A stretch of 52,811 nucleotides of DNA from Phoronis australis (Eukaryota > Animalia > Phoronida), in assembly GCA_002633005.1 (NCBI GenBank), contig NMRA01000757.1, forward strand, positions 112,849-165,659. The letters are read 5' to 3'. The position numbers were made by a program, and so were the translations under genes. Each line of letters begins with the position of its first letter. The stretch's first letter is position 1. Below the pieces are notes generated by a model. It worked only from the letters and a program-made list of their open reading frames with translations, was not told the origin of the DNA and did not search any database. Positions 37,346 to 50,199 of the stretch are shown one piece after another.

Positions 37346-39100
37346 TAGTTTATTTAGCCATAAGCGCAACTTAAAGTGACAAGAGTGGGACTTGTAGTGG
37401 TCAAAGGTAAACAACAAAACTAAGACTATATGTATAATAGTCATTGATTATTCTCAAATATAAAAACGAGACAAGGAAACTCTCAAAAGGCTAAGGAGCC
37501 GCTTGCATGAAAGCCACAAATATCTGCACACGTAGTTAGCCACAAACAATTTATCTCACCACACAAGCGAAACAACAACCTGTTTCTAGTATCAACAAAA
37601 TGATTATATATCTATGTAAAATGTGTACGTGTACAAGTAACAAATATTTAGGTATTACAGTATAAATAATTGGAGACACTAAAATAAGGTATAAATTAAG
37701 AATGACATAACCTTAACTTGTTTGGCACAACAAAGGAAAAAATGAATACGTTATGCATTATATTATAAAAAGAAACACAGTACAAAGAAAAAAATAAAAA
37801 TAAAAATGGCNGTCATAAAAAGAAAAATAATGAATGAAAATTCTTGAAAAGTGAGGTTTTTATACATCTCAACAAACCAAACTCATGTGCTAAGTTTCAA
37901 AAAAATCTGTGATTTTGGGTATAGACTCTACCTGTTGGTTTTTATATGGAGTCACTCTTAATAGGCTTATAGAAAAATTTTAGACCGGAAATATGAAAAA
38001 TGTAGTGTAAGGATAGAAGATTCAGTGACCGAAATAACGAGTCGGTATGAGCTAGGAAGTATGATGAGGTAATAGTTCCAACAGCACGTTTCTGTAATAC
38101 TTGTAGTCGACGGCAGTTGTGGAGTCTCAGCGTGCTACACCATAAGTAAAGTGTGGTAAAATGAGAGGTTTATAAATCAAAAGAAGAACATGTTGAGGAA
38201 ACCTTCCTTTTAACTTTTGCAGTAGGCTACACCACATGTTATAGCAGTCTTGTTTGCTATCTCTTGTATATGTTTGTTCCAAGATAAATGTTTTTCTAGA
38301 TGTAATTAACAAAAACTTATTAAACGTTTCGACACATGTGATTGGCTTGTTCAGGATTTGCAGACCAGGAATGTGTGGCTCTTTGAGGTGTTTCTGAGGA
38401 AAGCTAAACAACATTTATTTGGTTTTTGAGGAGTTAAGTGAGAGTTTATTTGTTATTAGGCAGACATTTAAACGTGAAATTCACTGTTTATGAAAACTTC
38501 TGATGCATCTGTTGAGGTGTTTATGCGAAGAGGGGTGATAAGGCATGTGTCATCTGCATACATGAGTACATCAAGTAAAGTGGACAGATTTAGGTCATCT
38601 ACATATACCAGAAAAAGTAAGGGTCCCAGTATGGAACCTTATGGAACACCAGTAGTAAATCTATAAGTTGACAGATTCTTGTTTGTCAACAGATACGAAC
38701 TGCATTCTATTTGATAAATAACTTGTGAACCATTGTATTTCATTGTTGCGAATACCGCAGTATTTTAAATTCTGTAGTAGAATATTGTGATGAATGTTGT
38801 CTGATGCCTTCGAGAGATCGATAAATATTGTCAAAGGATTTTGACCTCGGGCTACAAAAGTATGCATTTTGTCAACAAGTTAAAGAGCAGCATGCTCAGT
38901 AGAAAAATTCGCCCGAAAACCATATTGATGCTTGTAAAGAAATTATTTTTATTTAGAAATGCATATAACTGCTTATGCACACTTTTCTCAAATAATTTAG
39001 AAATGGACGGTAGTATGAATATTAGACGATAGCTGGATAGAACAGAGTCATTAAGATCATTTCCTTTCAAGACTAGAATTACTTTTGCAATTTTAAGCGA
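37290..39100 (-). mobile_element. Degenerate L2/CR1-type LINE (RT pseudogene + 3'UTR + (TCTA)n tail)
   Basis: Minus-strand fragments YRLIFILPSISKLFEK, IFIDLSKASDNIHH, WFTSYLSNRMQFV, GVP*GSILGPLLFL, MYADDT and LLIYKPLILPHFTYG, with stops and frameshifts. Confidence 0.85.
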
Positions 39101-40507
39101 TTGATTGTTTTTTTACGTTTGCCTCTCTTTCTTAGGAGCTCGTTAGCTTAGGTTCATAAAATTTAACAAATAGTTATGTTTTCTAGAGATGGCACCACCT
39201 TCACAATTTGGCATGTGTAATCTTATTAACTCGAAAACAGTTGGACCACCGCTGTGCCTCCCAATGCAAATTTGTTATTTTTTTCTCAAAAAAAAGCTGT
39301 GCCTGCCTCTATCTATGGAGTTCCTTTGCGGCTTTTCATTCAATTTTGGCTGACAGTGTGTTAGAGACATGGCGACACCTCCCTTTGGGTAGGTTCAACG
39401 TATTTTGTGCCATCTATTGGCCATTTTATGATATTAAAAACACTACCGGAAATGCATTGAGTCGTGGATGCATTTCAACGCTCCACGTAGCTCTTGTTTG
39501 CAGAAAGCAAGCATCGAAAAGTTTTACACTATTTGAGCATTTGTTGCAATACTTCATTTGTCCAAGGTTATAATAAGTGTGTAGGGTGTAGATTATTTTT
39601 CAAATGAGAGCCATTCAAAAGTTACACAACACACATCCCATCGAATCTCAGTTGTCATAGAAACAATTATTATTAGATAATTGATGAATGCGGCAGACTA
39701 TCTGTGCAAGTCGGGGTGTTGCAATTTAAAGGTACATGCACCAAAAGATTTCAAAATATGCTGGACAAACTTCAACAGAAGTCTCCAAGACTCTGCCAAG
39801 TTTGGATAAATTTCTTTCCAGAATAATTTGTCTGCTTAGTCGATTTTTGTCAGATTTTATTGTGCATTGTGTCTAGTCGCTAACTGTTTGTGAATGGACT
39901 TACGCAGTAACTTGTCCAAAAAACCCACCCCATTGCTTTAATGAATTCAAAATTCCAAATTCACTCATACGCAGTCTTGAGATTAAGCAAGATTCTTAGT
40001 TCACGTCAAATATGGTAAAAATTAAAAATCTTTTCGCTTCCAGGCCGCTCGGGTCTGGACCGAATGACGGAGTTGCTTGCCGACAACAGAGTCTTTCGCC
40101 CTCAGGCTTTTCCGTAGACTGATACGGACCTGGATTGGCCCCGAATGCAGCTGCTCTCTTAAATAAACACTCCATGTTATGTTGTAATTAGTGTATACCG
40201 GTACCATCGTTTCTGTACAATTGTGATTTATCTAGATAGTAGTAATGATTTACAAGTGTACCTATTGTCGTTTACACATTCATGATTTTGTGGTTCTGGC
40301 TATGACCACTTAACTTTTATTTACAATTATGTCTCTGTGTTATTATCCATCTTTAGCTTAAGTTCCATTTTCTTCATGTTGCTATTAAATTTAATGTGGT
40401 AGAAATAGCCCAACTGGCTAATTTTAATGTTCTTCAAACAATAAAGATTCTCGATAGTTGGTACCGTACAGCAAGAAGAACGGCCACTAGATAGCGCTTC
40501 ATGCAAA

Positions 40508-40556
40508 ATGGCTGATGGGAAATCGGGCTCGATTCAATTTTGTTCATTGAACAGCG
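40508..40556 (+). CDS. SNX16: SNX16 candidate first coding exon (MADGKSGSIQFCSLNS+G)
   Basis: Good start context CAAAATGGC. Donor G|GTAAAT is phase 1 and joins in frame to the AA at the start of the next exon (GAA = Glu). Inferred from frame compatibility only. Confidence 0.55.
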
Positions 40557-40761
40557 GTAAATAAAAGTGAAGGCATAATTGCTAAAAGTAACAGACGTTT
40601 TAAACTTCAAGGTATACTTAAATGCTTAAAATTCATTAACTCTGTTAGTTATTGACTTTATCAGTGACCCTGGTAATGAATCAGACGGCACTAATTGGTA
40701 GCGTTCCTTACTGAGTTGAATGACGTGATTTAGCCAACGGGCCCGTTATCAGTCGATCAAA

Positions 40762-41500
40762 TAGACAGTGACCACCGTATCTACTGGCCTTTGGAGGGCT
40801 TCGATGTTTTCTATTCTTTCCAACTTGAAAAAATACTCCGGTAATCAAACTTTTTTTACAAACAGTCCTTCGGCTTCGTTCAGTCGCCGCGCCAGGAGAT
40901 TAAACACGTATAAGAGTGATAAGTCGTAACCCGTCTGTAAATATAACCACATCAGGAAATATCATTTCATATCCCTGGAGATGTTATGACATATCTCCTA
41001 AGGTGGCCCTCTATGCGTAAAAGGTACTTATATAAACGTGACTTTGATGTTGTGAGGTATAATTGGCTGAAAAGCTTCTTTCGTATGAAGCTCCTATAGC
41101 CTTGAGTGTACGGTGAAACTCCAAAAGCCTTGAGTATGCGGTGAAGCTCCAATAGCCTTGAGTATGCGGTGAAGCTCCAATAGCCTTGAGTATACGGTGA
41201 AGTTCCTATAGCCTTGAGTATGTGGTGAAGCTCCAATAGCCTTAAGTATACGGTGAAGCTCCAGTAGCCTTGAGTATACGGTGAAGCTCCAATAGCCTTG
41301 AGTATGTGGTGAAGCTCCTATAGCCTTGAGTATGTGGTGAAGCTCCATTAGCCTTGAGTATACGGTGAAGCTCTAATAGCCTTGAGTATACAGTGAAGCT
41401 CCAGTAGCCTTGAGTATACGGTGAAGCTCCAATACTATAGGATAGTGAGTATAGGAGCTTCACCGTCTTTAAGACCAGTTGAGAAGGTGGTCACTGTCTG
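40762..41500. mobile_element. Foldback MITE, TAGACAGTG family, copy 3 with an internal tandem array
   Basis: TAGACAGTGACCACCGT ... AGAAGGTGGTCACTGTCTG. Flanks TCGATCAAA/TGGATGAAA match at 7 of 9 positions. The body is shared with the other copies (CCTAAGGTG.CCCTCTATGCG, AACGTGACTTTGAT, CGTATGAAG). Confidence 0.78.
41085..41433. repeat. 28-bp minisatellite, about 12 copies (CTCCAATAGCCTTGAGTATACGGTGAAG)
   Basis: Tandem units inside the MITE. Confidence 0.96.
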
Positions 41501-43003
41501 TGGATGAAACTGGTTCTCTAAACATGGACTGCTACATCCGTTCAGTGCCTACTGCCTCAGTAGCATGTGACACATTCAACAAGTTGCAGCTACAAGCTAT
41601 GTGGCTTATTTCAATCATTTAAAATCTGGCTCTGGATTTCAAGTTAGTATACACCATGTAAAGAATTAGGTACAATTGTGTATGCCATTACATGGGGAAC
41701 ATGGAATTGTCGGATTCTGGTAAGGTTTTGCAATCTCACCACTACTTGATGATTGTCTGCTACTTCACCTTTGAGAGGTTATTCATATTCTGACTTTGAT
41801 TAAAGGTCAAGGCATCAGGTAATCATGCACGTCATGCAGTGGCAAGATTGTAAGCCTCGCCAGATCAGTAGGACATCATGCGTGCCACATAGTGGGGAGA
41901 TTATGAAACTTGCCACACTTTCAGCAATTCTTTGTTCCTGAGTAATGGCTTACATAGTACTCCCTTCTTTACCTATGGTAGAATTATGTCCCATACATTG
42001 CTAGCCAAAACTGTAGTGAACCACTTGCTTTTTACAACAAAACTGGCAAGATTTAGTTTCAATATATAATTATTCGATAACTAGGCCTCCGGCCCTTGTT
42101 ACAGTCAAATTGTGTGAAACACTTACAGTAATACGATCTCTTCTTCTCGTGAATATGAAATGAACAATTTACATGTTGTCCTTATGAGGTCTTTTTCCTT
42201 CATAGTCATGAGTCTAATGAGTTTTTCAACTCTGGGATTGTTGTAGCCCCATGCAGACGGAAATCATTTCCTAAGATCATCGTGGAATGGACGTTCGGTA
42301 AAAAAACAAATCAATATTCTTAGTTAAGTCTGGATAAAACAAAAGCATCCGTGATCATACTTTCAGGGTGTGATGGGGTGAATGGACCCCAAGGGCAGCT
42401 GAGAATCTATCACATATCAGAGCCCTCGCTCATTGAAGCTGAAGTGAGGGAAAAGTACAGCTAGGCAGTTACACTGCCTCTTGTATGGGTTAAGGTGACA
42501 ACACTCTTGTATGGGCTAAGGTGACAACACTCTTCCAGTAAAAGCTACTCATTTAAAAATACAAACTTAGAATAATGTTCAGCAAATTATATACGAAGTC
42601 AGTAATAACACATAGCTGGGGACACATTGCTGTGCCTCCTAAGAGCATGTAATTTTCAAAACAATTCTGATTTAGGATCCGAGTTTGAACTGTCCAATGT
42701 TAGATGAGGTTTGTACCAGGGGCGGTGCAGTATGAATTTCAACTAAGATCCTCCATTGATGGTTGATATTGTTTTTTCGCCTGAAATTTAAAGCCTTTCC
42801 AGTGAATATCTTCCTATATGTAAGATGTCATAATTTTTTAATACCACTGATAAAACAACGTGTGTTAATCTTACCCCCACAGTGAATGCCTTTCATGCAG
42901 ACTTTATTTAGTTACTGCTAGTCAACAGTTTTATTATGTAACAACAGCTCTTAATGTCTAAACACTTAATATTCCAACAATGTTTCAACACATAATGTTT
43001 CAG

Positions 43004-43449
43004 AAATGTTTGACACTGGGGAGAATCTTGCTGATGCTGACAGTGCAGTCGGTAATAACAACAATGGTTACCATGAAAATGAACATCGCAGTTGTGATGA
43101 AGCTGCAACCAATCCTGCTACACCACGTTCCAGGCGGACACAAAGTTGTGAATTCATACATTATGAACATCAAATGAGGCACCATTATGGCAATAGCCCT
43201 GGTGTGGACTCGCTTGAAGTATCTGCGCTGACCCCTGATCTCTCATCGCCGGCTGTAGGGCCAGGGAAGGTGACCTCCACACCCCGCTCTAGAACGGAGA
43301 CATCGTTGAGTCGTTGTTCCTCTAACGTGAGGTGCTCTAGTGCACCGTGTGATCATAGCAGAACAAGTTCAGTTGAGTTAGGGACAGGTGAAGGCCTGAA
43401 GATGCCCATTGTGGGTTATGAAGTCATGGAGCAAAGAGAAAAGTTCACG
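43004..43449 (+). CDS. SNX16: SNX16 exon: Ser-rich N-terminus to start of PX domain (...PIVGYEVMEQREKFT)
   Basis: Acceptor TTTCAG|, donor ACG|GTAAAC. GYEVME.R.KFT matches the SNX16 PX start. An alternative ATG lies at 43006. Confidence 0.85.
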
Positions 43450-44232
43450 GTAAACCTGCTGTTAAGTGTTGCAAGTTACACTCACGTTTATGGTAAATAG
43501 GGTGAAAAACAGAGATCTAAAGGAGAACACAGCTGTCTTAGATGTAACGATTAGTAAGTCATCAAAACTCCTGTGTATACATTGTATGTTAAGTAGTACT
43601 GAGGCTTGTATACATATGAGACAATAGAAAGTGATGAGAACAACCTACTTTAGACCTTCATCATCTTATTGATGTATTCCCTGTCTTTGATGAAACAATA
43701 TCCTATTCACTGTTGAACACAATCTGTTTTGGTCATTTGTGTTTGCTCAATGAGAGTGAATGGGGAATCAAGATGAAGTCCATTTGTCCAGATGTTTTCA
43801 CCATTTTCTATTGTTCCAAGGATGTCATCCTTGACATCCTGATTTGTTATCTTGTAGAGACATCATTCTATATATGAGTGCATTATGGCATCCTGTTCGT
43901 CTGTCCGTTGTCCACTGCTGTATATTTAATACCCTTGGATGTGACAACATGAGTGAATTTTCGGACGGAATAGGGTTCCCTTCCCAGTCATTCCTTGTCC
44001 TTCCCTATCCTCCCTTGTCCTTCCCTATCCTCTCTTGTCCTTCCCTGTCATTTCCAAGCCTTCATCAATGTTAGTGTTTTTGATTAAAACTTATCTCTCA
44101 AGTACAACTGAACAAGGTACTAACATGACACATCCTCTGTGAGAGGGTTCTATTAGTCGCTATGTTTATCTTAATTTCATGTTGTAGCTTAGGTACAACT
44201 TGTAACTTGTGAGTTTATTCTTTGCATTTCAG

Positions 44233-44319
44233 GTATTTAAGATTCATGTTGTGAAAAGTCAGTTCGAAAGCTGGTTTATCTTTCGTCGTTACACAGATTT
44301 TGAGCGCCTCAATGACAAG
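44233..44319 (+). CDS. SNX16: SNX16 PX exon ([29 protein letters not shown])
   Basis: AG/GT boundaries, phase 0/0, with the PX RRYTDF motif. Confidence 0.93.
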
Positions 44320-44519
44320 GTATGTTTTACAAGCTAGGGTTGCTCATATTCGTGCCATGAAAATCCTTGTAGACATTTTAAATAAAACCATTTTGGCAGC
44401 CATGTATGATGCCAAGTTAATGGGTGTCCTTGCGGGTGTAAACATCAAGCTTTTGTTTTTTAATAACACTTGATGACAATGTTCATTCTAGGAAACATGC
44501 AGCCGACGTCTTCGTAGTA

Positions 44520-44729
44520 GTTCAATGCTGGACTTGCTCCCAGTCTTTGAACAGGTTACTGTCGTTCGTAATGTTCAATGCTGGACTTGCTCTCAGTCTC
44601 TGAACAGGTTACAGTCATTTGTAATGTTCAATGCTGGACTTGCTCTCAGTCTCTGAACAGGTTACAGTCATTTGTAATGTTCAATGCTGGACTTGCTCCC
44701 AGTCTCTGAACTGGTTACAGTCATTTGTA
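44520..44729. repeat. 53-bp minisatellite, 4 copies
   Basis: GTTCAATGCTGGACTTGCTCTCAGTCTCTGAACAGGTTACAGTCATTTGTAAT in tandem. Confidence 0.95.
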
Positions 44730-45659
44730 GTTTGCTTAAGTGAAGAGTATTGTTCTCTTTGAATACTTTACTCTGTTGAGAGACATTAAAGTGTCCAGTA
44801 TTGCTAATCCAATGTTGTGAAGCAAAATCTGTTTACAAGACAGATTGTGTCCAGTGTGTAGCAACTAGTCTTTAATAGTGTTGTCAGTAATAGTCACTGT
44901 CAGGGGCCCTGGATTTTGAGAACCAGTTTTATCCAATGAATGACAGTCATAAAAAAATCTGGGACCCCTGTAAGTGACTGTTGGGTCTAAAAATGTAAAG
45001 TAAAGAAATCCATGTAGCTGAAACAATGATCAATTAACATTGATGGTAGATTATTCAGAACTTGGATGATATATGCACATCACGGACAGTATGTCTATGG
45101 AATAGGAAAAGTGACATTTGCTTGTTTGTGCCATTTTTGTCAAGTTGACTTGGTTAAAGCTCAAAACCTGGAGCTGGGGTCTAATCTTTGTACTCAAAAT
45201 CTAAGACAAAGTTCTTTTCGACATGTTCTGTTCTACTCTTGTGTGAAGTCAAGAGAAGTGGCTAGCGGTCCTGTGCTTGAGTACATTATGGTTAATGCAT
45301 GTGAGCTTCTAGTCCAAGTTTGCACTTAACAGTCCCTAAATTTAAGCTACAACGGCGAGTAAAAACTAGAGATTTCTAGTAAGAACTCAGACTTTCAAAT
45401 TCATATTCAAACTTATGGCATTATTGTAAGGATTAAATAGTTATTGAAGTAAACCTTTATGTACTTGAGGATAGAATAGAAAGTGCCAAAAATAATTTAA
45501 AGTATGATTTTGAGTGAAAAGATTAGACTCTGGCCCTAGGTTTCAAGCATAAAATAACATAACACAATATGGCCAATTACTAAATTAGTTGTTAAGCCTA
45601 ATTTTAAGCAACACAACGTTTGCTTCTTTCCAAGACAAGAAATCGTTCATATGTGCCCA

Positions 45660-46450
45660 CATATTTACATGCTGTCATTCCTGTCTGTCCGTCTGGCATC
45701 CAGTGTCTCATGCTGTATCTCCAAAACCACTTCATGGATGTTATGAAATTTTGCATATTGGGTGGGATGGCATGAGCAAATTTTTGGACGGATCCGACTA
45801 CTGGTGACAGGTGGCCATGGCTTTTGGACGGATCCAAAAGCCATGGCCACCTGTCACCTTCAAATAAATACACGCGCCAAATTTAACAAAGATGCTGCGG
45901 AGAGTTTAGGAGATACAGCCATGGATGCAAATATTAACAAAACTGCCACTAGGAAGAGCCACTGTAGTCAGTTTTCTTCCATATCTTTGGAGATGTTAGA
46001 CGGATTTTTTTGAAATTTGACAGATAGATTTATATTAAAGTGATAATGGCATCTCTTTGTTTTCAGTTGGATGTGACATAGTGCACCCCACCTGGTGGCT
46101 GTTTTTATTGCTTTTGAGTCTGTTTTTGGCGCCTGCCTCTCTGTTGGCCAAACCACTCTAGGATGATGAAAATTCTATTTGGTAAATGTGCTCCTACCGG
46201 GAAGAGCATGACTGACAATTTCTGGACAGTTTGACTACTCTGGTACCACCTAGTGGCAGCTTGTTTTTTTTGCATCCGCACCTGTTCCTTGCTGCAGGAT
46301 CTTTGTTAAATTTGACAAGTGTATTTCTATGGACATGACAACAGATGATGACATTTGGTAGTATCTGACTACCACAGACTGTGCCCCCTAGTGCCAGTTT
46401 TAGGAGAGAATTACTGACTTGCTATGCACCCCCTAGAGGTTATTTTAAGT
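45660..46450. mobile_element. Interspersed repeat with CTGTCTGTCCGTC microsatellite-like core; homologous segment at about 50200-50720
   Basis: 46150-46400 aligns with 50320-50570 (ACTCTA.G..GAT..TGAAA, TGACAATT, TTTGACT, CTGCAGGATCTTTG.TAAATTT..CAAGTGTATTT, CCCCCTAGTG). Confidence 0.6.
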
Positions 46451-46711
46451 TTACCAGCATTGCTCCATTGATGGAAAATGATTCCTTGTATCTGCACTAT
46501 GTACCGTCCGGCTCATATCAACACTCGGCATTGCTTTTGTTGATTTAACTATGGAAAAATTTGCATCGAATTTTGTAATTACTGTAAATGGTCTAAATCA
46601 AAAGTTAGTTGTGATGGACGGCGGGTTTACAGGTACTTATTAAGTACACCATCCTTCTACATTATTGATTTAATAACCAGTTCAATTTATTTTAATATAA
46701 TTCGATTTTAG

Positions 46712-46860
46712 TTGAAGATTCTCTTCCCGTATTTTCGTCTGGCTCTTCCACCCAAGAGGTGGTTCTCAGATAACTTTGACACAGACTTCCTTGAGGACAG
46801 GATGCTTGGACTTCAGGCCTTTGTTGATAACATAACAGGTCACCGAGATATGTTAAATAG
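46712..46860 (+). CDS. SNX16: SNX16 PX exon ([49 protein letters not shown])
   Basis: TTTTAG| ... AG|GTACGT. LPPKRWF and FLEDR.LGLQAF are characteristic of SNX16. Confidence 0.95.
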
Positions 46861-47090
46861 GTACGTTTCAACATTGTGCATGAGCACACTGGATGTCTAA
46901 GTTATGTTTGATCCTACACATTTGATGTGGGGTCCCGTATTTTGAGAACCAGTTTTGTCCACTAGATCTTCATGTGTTTCTAATGAAGAGAGCCTGCAGA
47001 TTTAATGTTGATGAATCCAACTGCTGTGGAAACATTTGAAAAATTAGCACCGTCCTCTTATTTCTTTATCGTTTGCATTACACACGTTGG

Positions 47091-47153
47091 GCTCATATCG
47101 ACACTCATATCAACGCTCATATCAACGCTCATATCAACGCTCATATCAACACT
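47091..47153. repeat. 12-bp tandem repeat (CTCATATCAACG) x5
   Basis: Directly visible. Confidence 0.9.
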
Positions 47154-47527
47154 CTATATTGTTCTTGTTTATTTCATTGTAACTGTATTTAACCAGAGGG
47201 AACTTGTTTAGTAGTGTAAGTTAGTCAGCTAGTCTCCCATGCAGCCCAGCCAAGTATACATACACACACACACATGCACATGCATACACACATGCACACG
47301 CATGCATACATGCACATGCAAGCCTGCACCCACACACAGGGCTTCGAACACACCCAACACGCACAGATTACATAATAAATAACAAATAACAAATATTAGG
47401 AACACTAAAATTAAAACAGATGGGGATAAAAACATTTTGGAAGGGAGACAGTGCATAGAACATTATTGCTGTTTAATGCTGGTGTTCAGGATACCAGCAT
47501 TAAAACTTATTTGCGGTTCTATTCCAG

Positions 47528-47597
47528 TAAAACTGTGATAGACTTCTTCTGCCTGGAGGATCCCCCGGGGCCACACGATAGTTTGGAAGAAAGCCGG
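47528..47597 (+). CDS. SNX16: SNX16 exon (SKTVIDFFCLEDPPGPHDSLEESR)
   Basis: TTCCAG| phase 2, donor CGG|GTAGGT. Matches the SNX16 FLCLDDPPGPFDSLEESR motif. Confidence 0.93.
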
Positions 47598-48306
47598 GTA
47601 GGTTTTGGGCTTGGATTATGACGAGTATTTAAAATTGCCATTGCCATCTCTCATCTTGAAACACTTAACACTGCACAGCCTCATACAAATTTAATGTAAA
47701 AAGTACTATGTAGAAAAGTGCAAAACATGGATTCAAGATGCCCTTAAGGGGGTTTGACACAGTAAGTGTTGAATTTTTATTATTACATTTTGTATTTTCA
47801 TCTTTGTTTACTAGAAATCTGCAAAAATGTAGAGGTCACCGAATTAGTTTTTTTTTCATTAAACCATTTAATATGAAGTTTGCACATTAGGTTACTGAAA
47901 AGCCACCTGTAATAAAATTAATGATAAAAGTCCTGTTGAGAAGGAATTAATTTGGTTGTACAATGTTGGTTTCACGTTTTAACGACTTTAATTGCATTTC
48001 CGGTTTGCTGATTTTCTTGTGCCGCATAAGTAAACTTTTTTTCTGGATTTTGAGTACCTCAAATCTCAGCGTTTTAGCTTCTACGTAAAAAGTTACGAGT
48101 TAAGTTTTTTCTTTGATGTTTATTTTGATGTCCATCTTGTTTACTGTGAAATAAAAACAGAAATTAAAGAGTCACTGAATCAGATGTTGTTGAACAATTT
48201 AGCTCCACCTTTATCACTTAAGAATTAATTAAAAGTACAATTTGATGTTCCCAAAGGTGCGCTAATTTCAAGATCACAGTTACCCCGCAGTATTTCACGA
48301 GATGTT

Positions 48307-48457
48307 GATTATGTAATGTTGTTAGTGCGGTGATTATGTAATGTTGTTAGTGCGGTGATTATGTAATGCTGTTAGTGCGGTGATTATGTAATGCTGTTAG
48401 TGCGGTGATTATGTAATGCTGTTAGTGCGGTGATTATGTAATGTTGTTAGAGTGGTG
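48307..48457. repeat. 25-bp minisatellite, 6 copies (GATTATGTAATGCTGTTAGTGCGGT)
   Basis: Directly visible. Confidence 0.95.
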
Positions 48458-49228
48458 AAATAAGTTTTTAAACTTAGTTCATGTGGAGAAAACACTTCTT
48501 CGTTCAATTGATAAATTCAAAACTGATGTTTGAATTTAAGTCTACATTTTGGTTTGCCTATTTCGTGGTGTGAAACCATTGTGAAATTTGATGTTGCACT
48601 TTGATCAGAATAAGAAAAACTCTACTCAAAGACAAAATTTTTCTTATTGAATATCTAGTTATTTGAAACAAAAATCATGTTCAAATATTTAAGTTAGTCA
48701 GTATTGTTAAACGACTGCTGCGTCCAACCCCGCAAGAAACATTTTGCTAGCTTTGCCTTGAAACCATTCATGTTTTCTACAGCTGGAATTATCAAACAAA
48801 ATTTCTTCTCTTGTAAAAAAATACATCAAAAGATCCTGTGACTTCATATTATTAATGTATATTATCAGCAAATACTTAACACCTGTGTGCTAATCGTTTA
48901 ATTAGATCACAAAAGTAATTAAGCAGACAGTTTTCTGCATGTTGTCATGCACCTGAGTATATAGAGGGTTTGCTGAAATGCATACTCAAAAATACTCTGA
49001 AATAAGATCATAATTGGTCACAGTTGAGATTTGATTGGCACTAATCACAGTGATTGTGTATTGGTCTGTAGCCAGCTTCTTTTGTTGAATAACGGAAATG
49101 GAGGTTATGGTGATAACACTTTTTGCACTCTTCACAAAAGGTCAACAATGACCCTTTCCATGGGTATATAAGACTGATGACCCCAGGTGACCTAGTAGGA
49201 GTTGTGTGGTTTTGTTCACGTGACAAGA

Positions 49229-49465
49229 TTAAAAGATGGCGTGGAGATGAACGATGGAAAAACCTTTGACAAATACTCTACCTGGTTTTCATGTAGTGTT
49301 TAGAATTTAAAAGATGGCGTGGAGATGAACGATGGAAAAACCTTTGACAAATACTCTACCTGGTTTTCATGTAGTGTTTAGAATTTAAAAGATGGCGTGG
49401 AGATGAACGATGGAAAAACCTTTGACAAATACTCTACCTGGTTTTCGTGTAGTGTTTAGAATTTC
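49229..49465. repeat. 78-bp tandem triplication
   Basis: AAAAGATGGCGTGGAGATGAACG...GTGTTTAGAATTT x3, nearly identical. Confidence 0.96.
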
Positions 49466-49705
49466 GCTTGCCGACTCATTTGACATAAATCGCAATGTTT
49501 TTAAAATCTTGGGTTAAGAACTCAAAATATTTTTTAACTGGCAAGTAAACAGTGGTGATGTGCAACTTTAACATAATTAATCTAATTACCTAAAAAACTA
49601 ATTAATCTAATTACCCTAAAGAATTTTGAGAGAGTGAAATAACAAAATTTCACAGTTCTGAAATGGGTGCAACAAAATGCCTGAAATCAGTTGTTTGCAT
49701 TTCAG

Positions 49706-49842
49706 GCCCGTTGTCAGGACTTGGAGGAGAGCGTGTATTCTCTTCGACAAGAATTGAAAGAGAGGGAAACAACCATTGAGTTGCTGCGAGACCAGCTAGC
49801 AGTACAGGCGGCACAGATTGATCATTTGAACAAGTCACTCAG
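49706..49842 (+). CDS. SNX16: SNX16 coiled-coil exon (ARCQDLEESVYSLRQELKERETTIELLRDQLAVQAAQIDHLNKSL)
   Basis: TTTCAG| phase 0, donor AG|GTATGG. The heptad pattern matches the SNX16 post-PX coiled coil. Confidence 0.88.
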
Positions 49843-50199
49843 GTATGGGGGTGAATAGGGCCAGGGGGGATTGGTAGGAGCAGGTGTACCTAGCTGCAGG
49901 GGTGAACAGGGGCAGGGGTGAATAGGAGCCGGGGTGAATAACAGGAGGCATGATTAGTGGCAGAGCTTTGGTTCAGAAAGAAGAGAGTTCATGTTTGCTG
50001 TGTTGGCTGGCCACAAAACAGTAGTCACTGTATGTTTTATATATTATTTTCATGGTCATGTGACTTGATGCATGCATAAGTAGCTTCAGAACAGACCTTT
50101 TGGATGTGTTGTGAAATAGCCAGGAATAAGACCTCTTGTAACACAAGCAATGTTTTGATCAGTTAAAATCACGTATTTTTCTGTCATGTGAACTGGGTT

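Noticed and set aside
36959-37444. ORFs with YIHT/MYVC repeats
   Set aside because: Translations of microsatellites.
40967-41463. Repetitive minus-strand ORFs (LELHRILKA...)
   Set aside because: Translations of the 28-bp minisatellite.
17565-49465. 25-39-bp repeat arrays as possible CRISPR arrays
   Set aside because: Units are head-to-tail without unique spacers, there are no cas genes, and the context is spliceosomal eukaryotic DNA.
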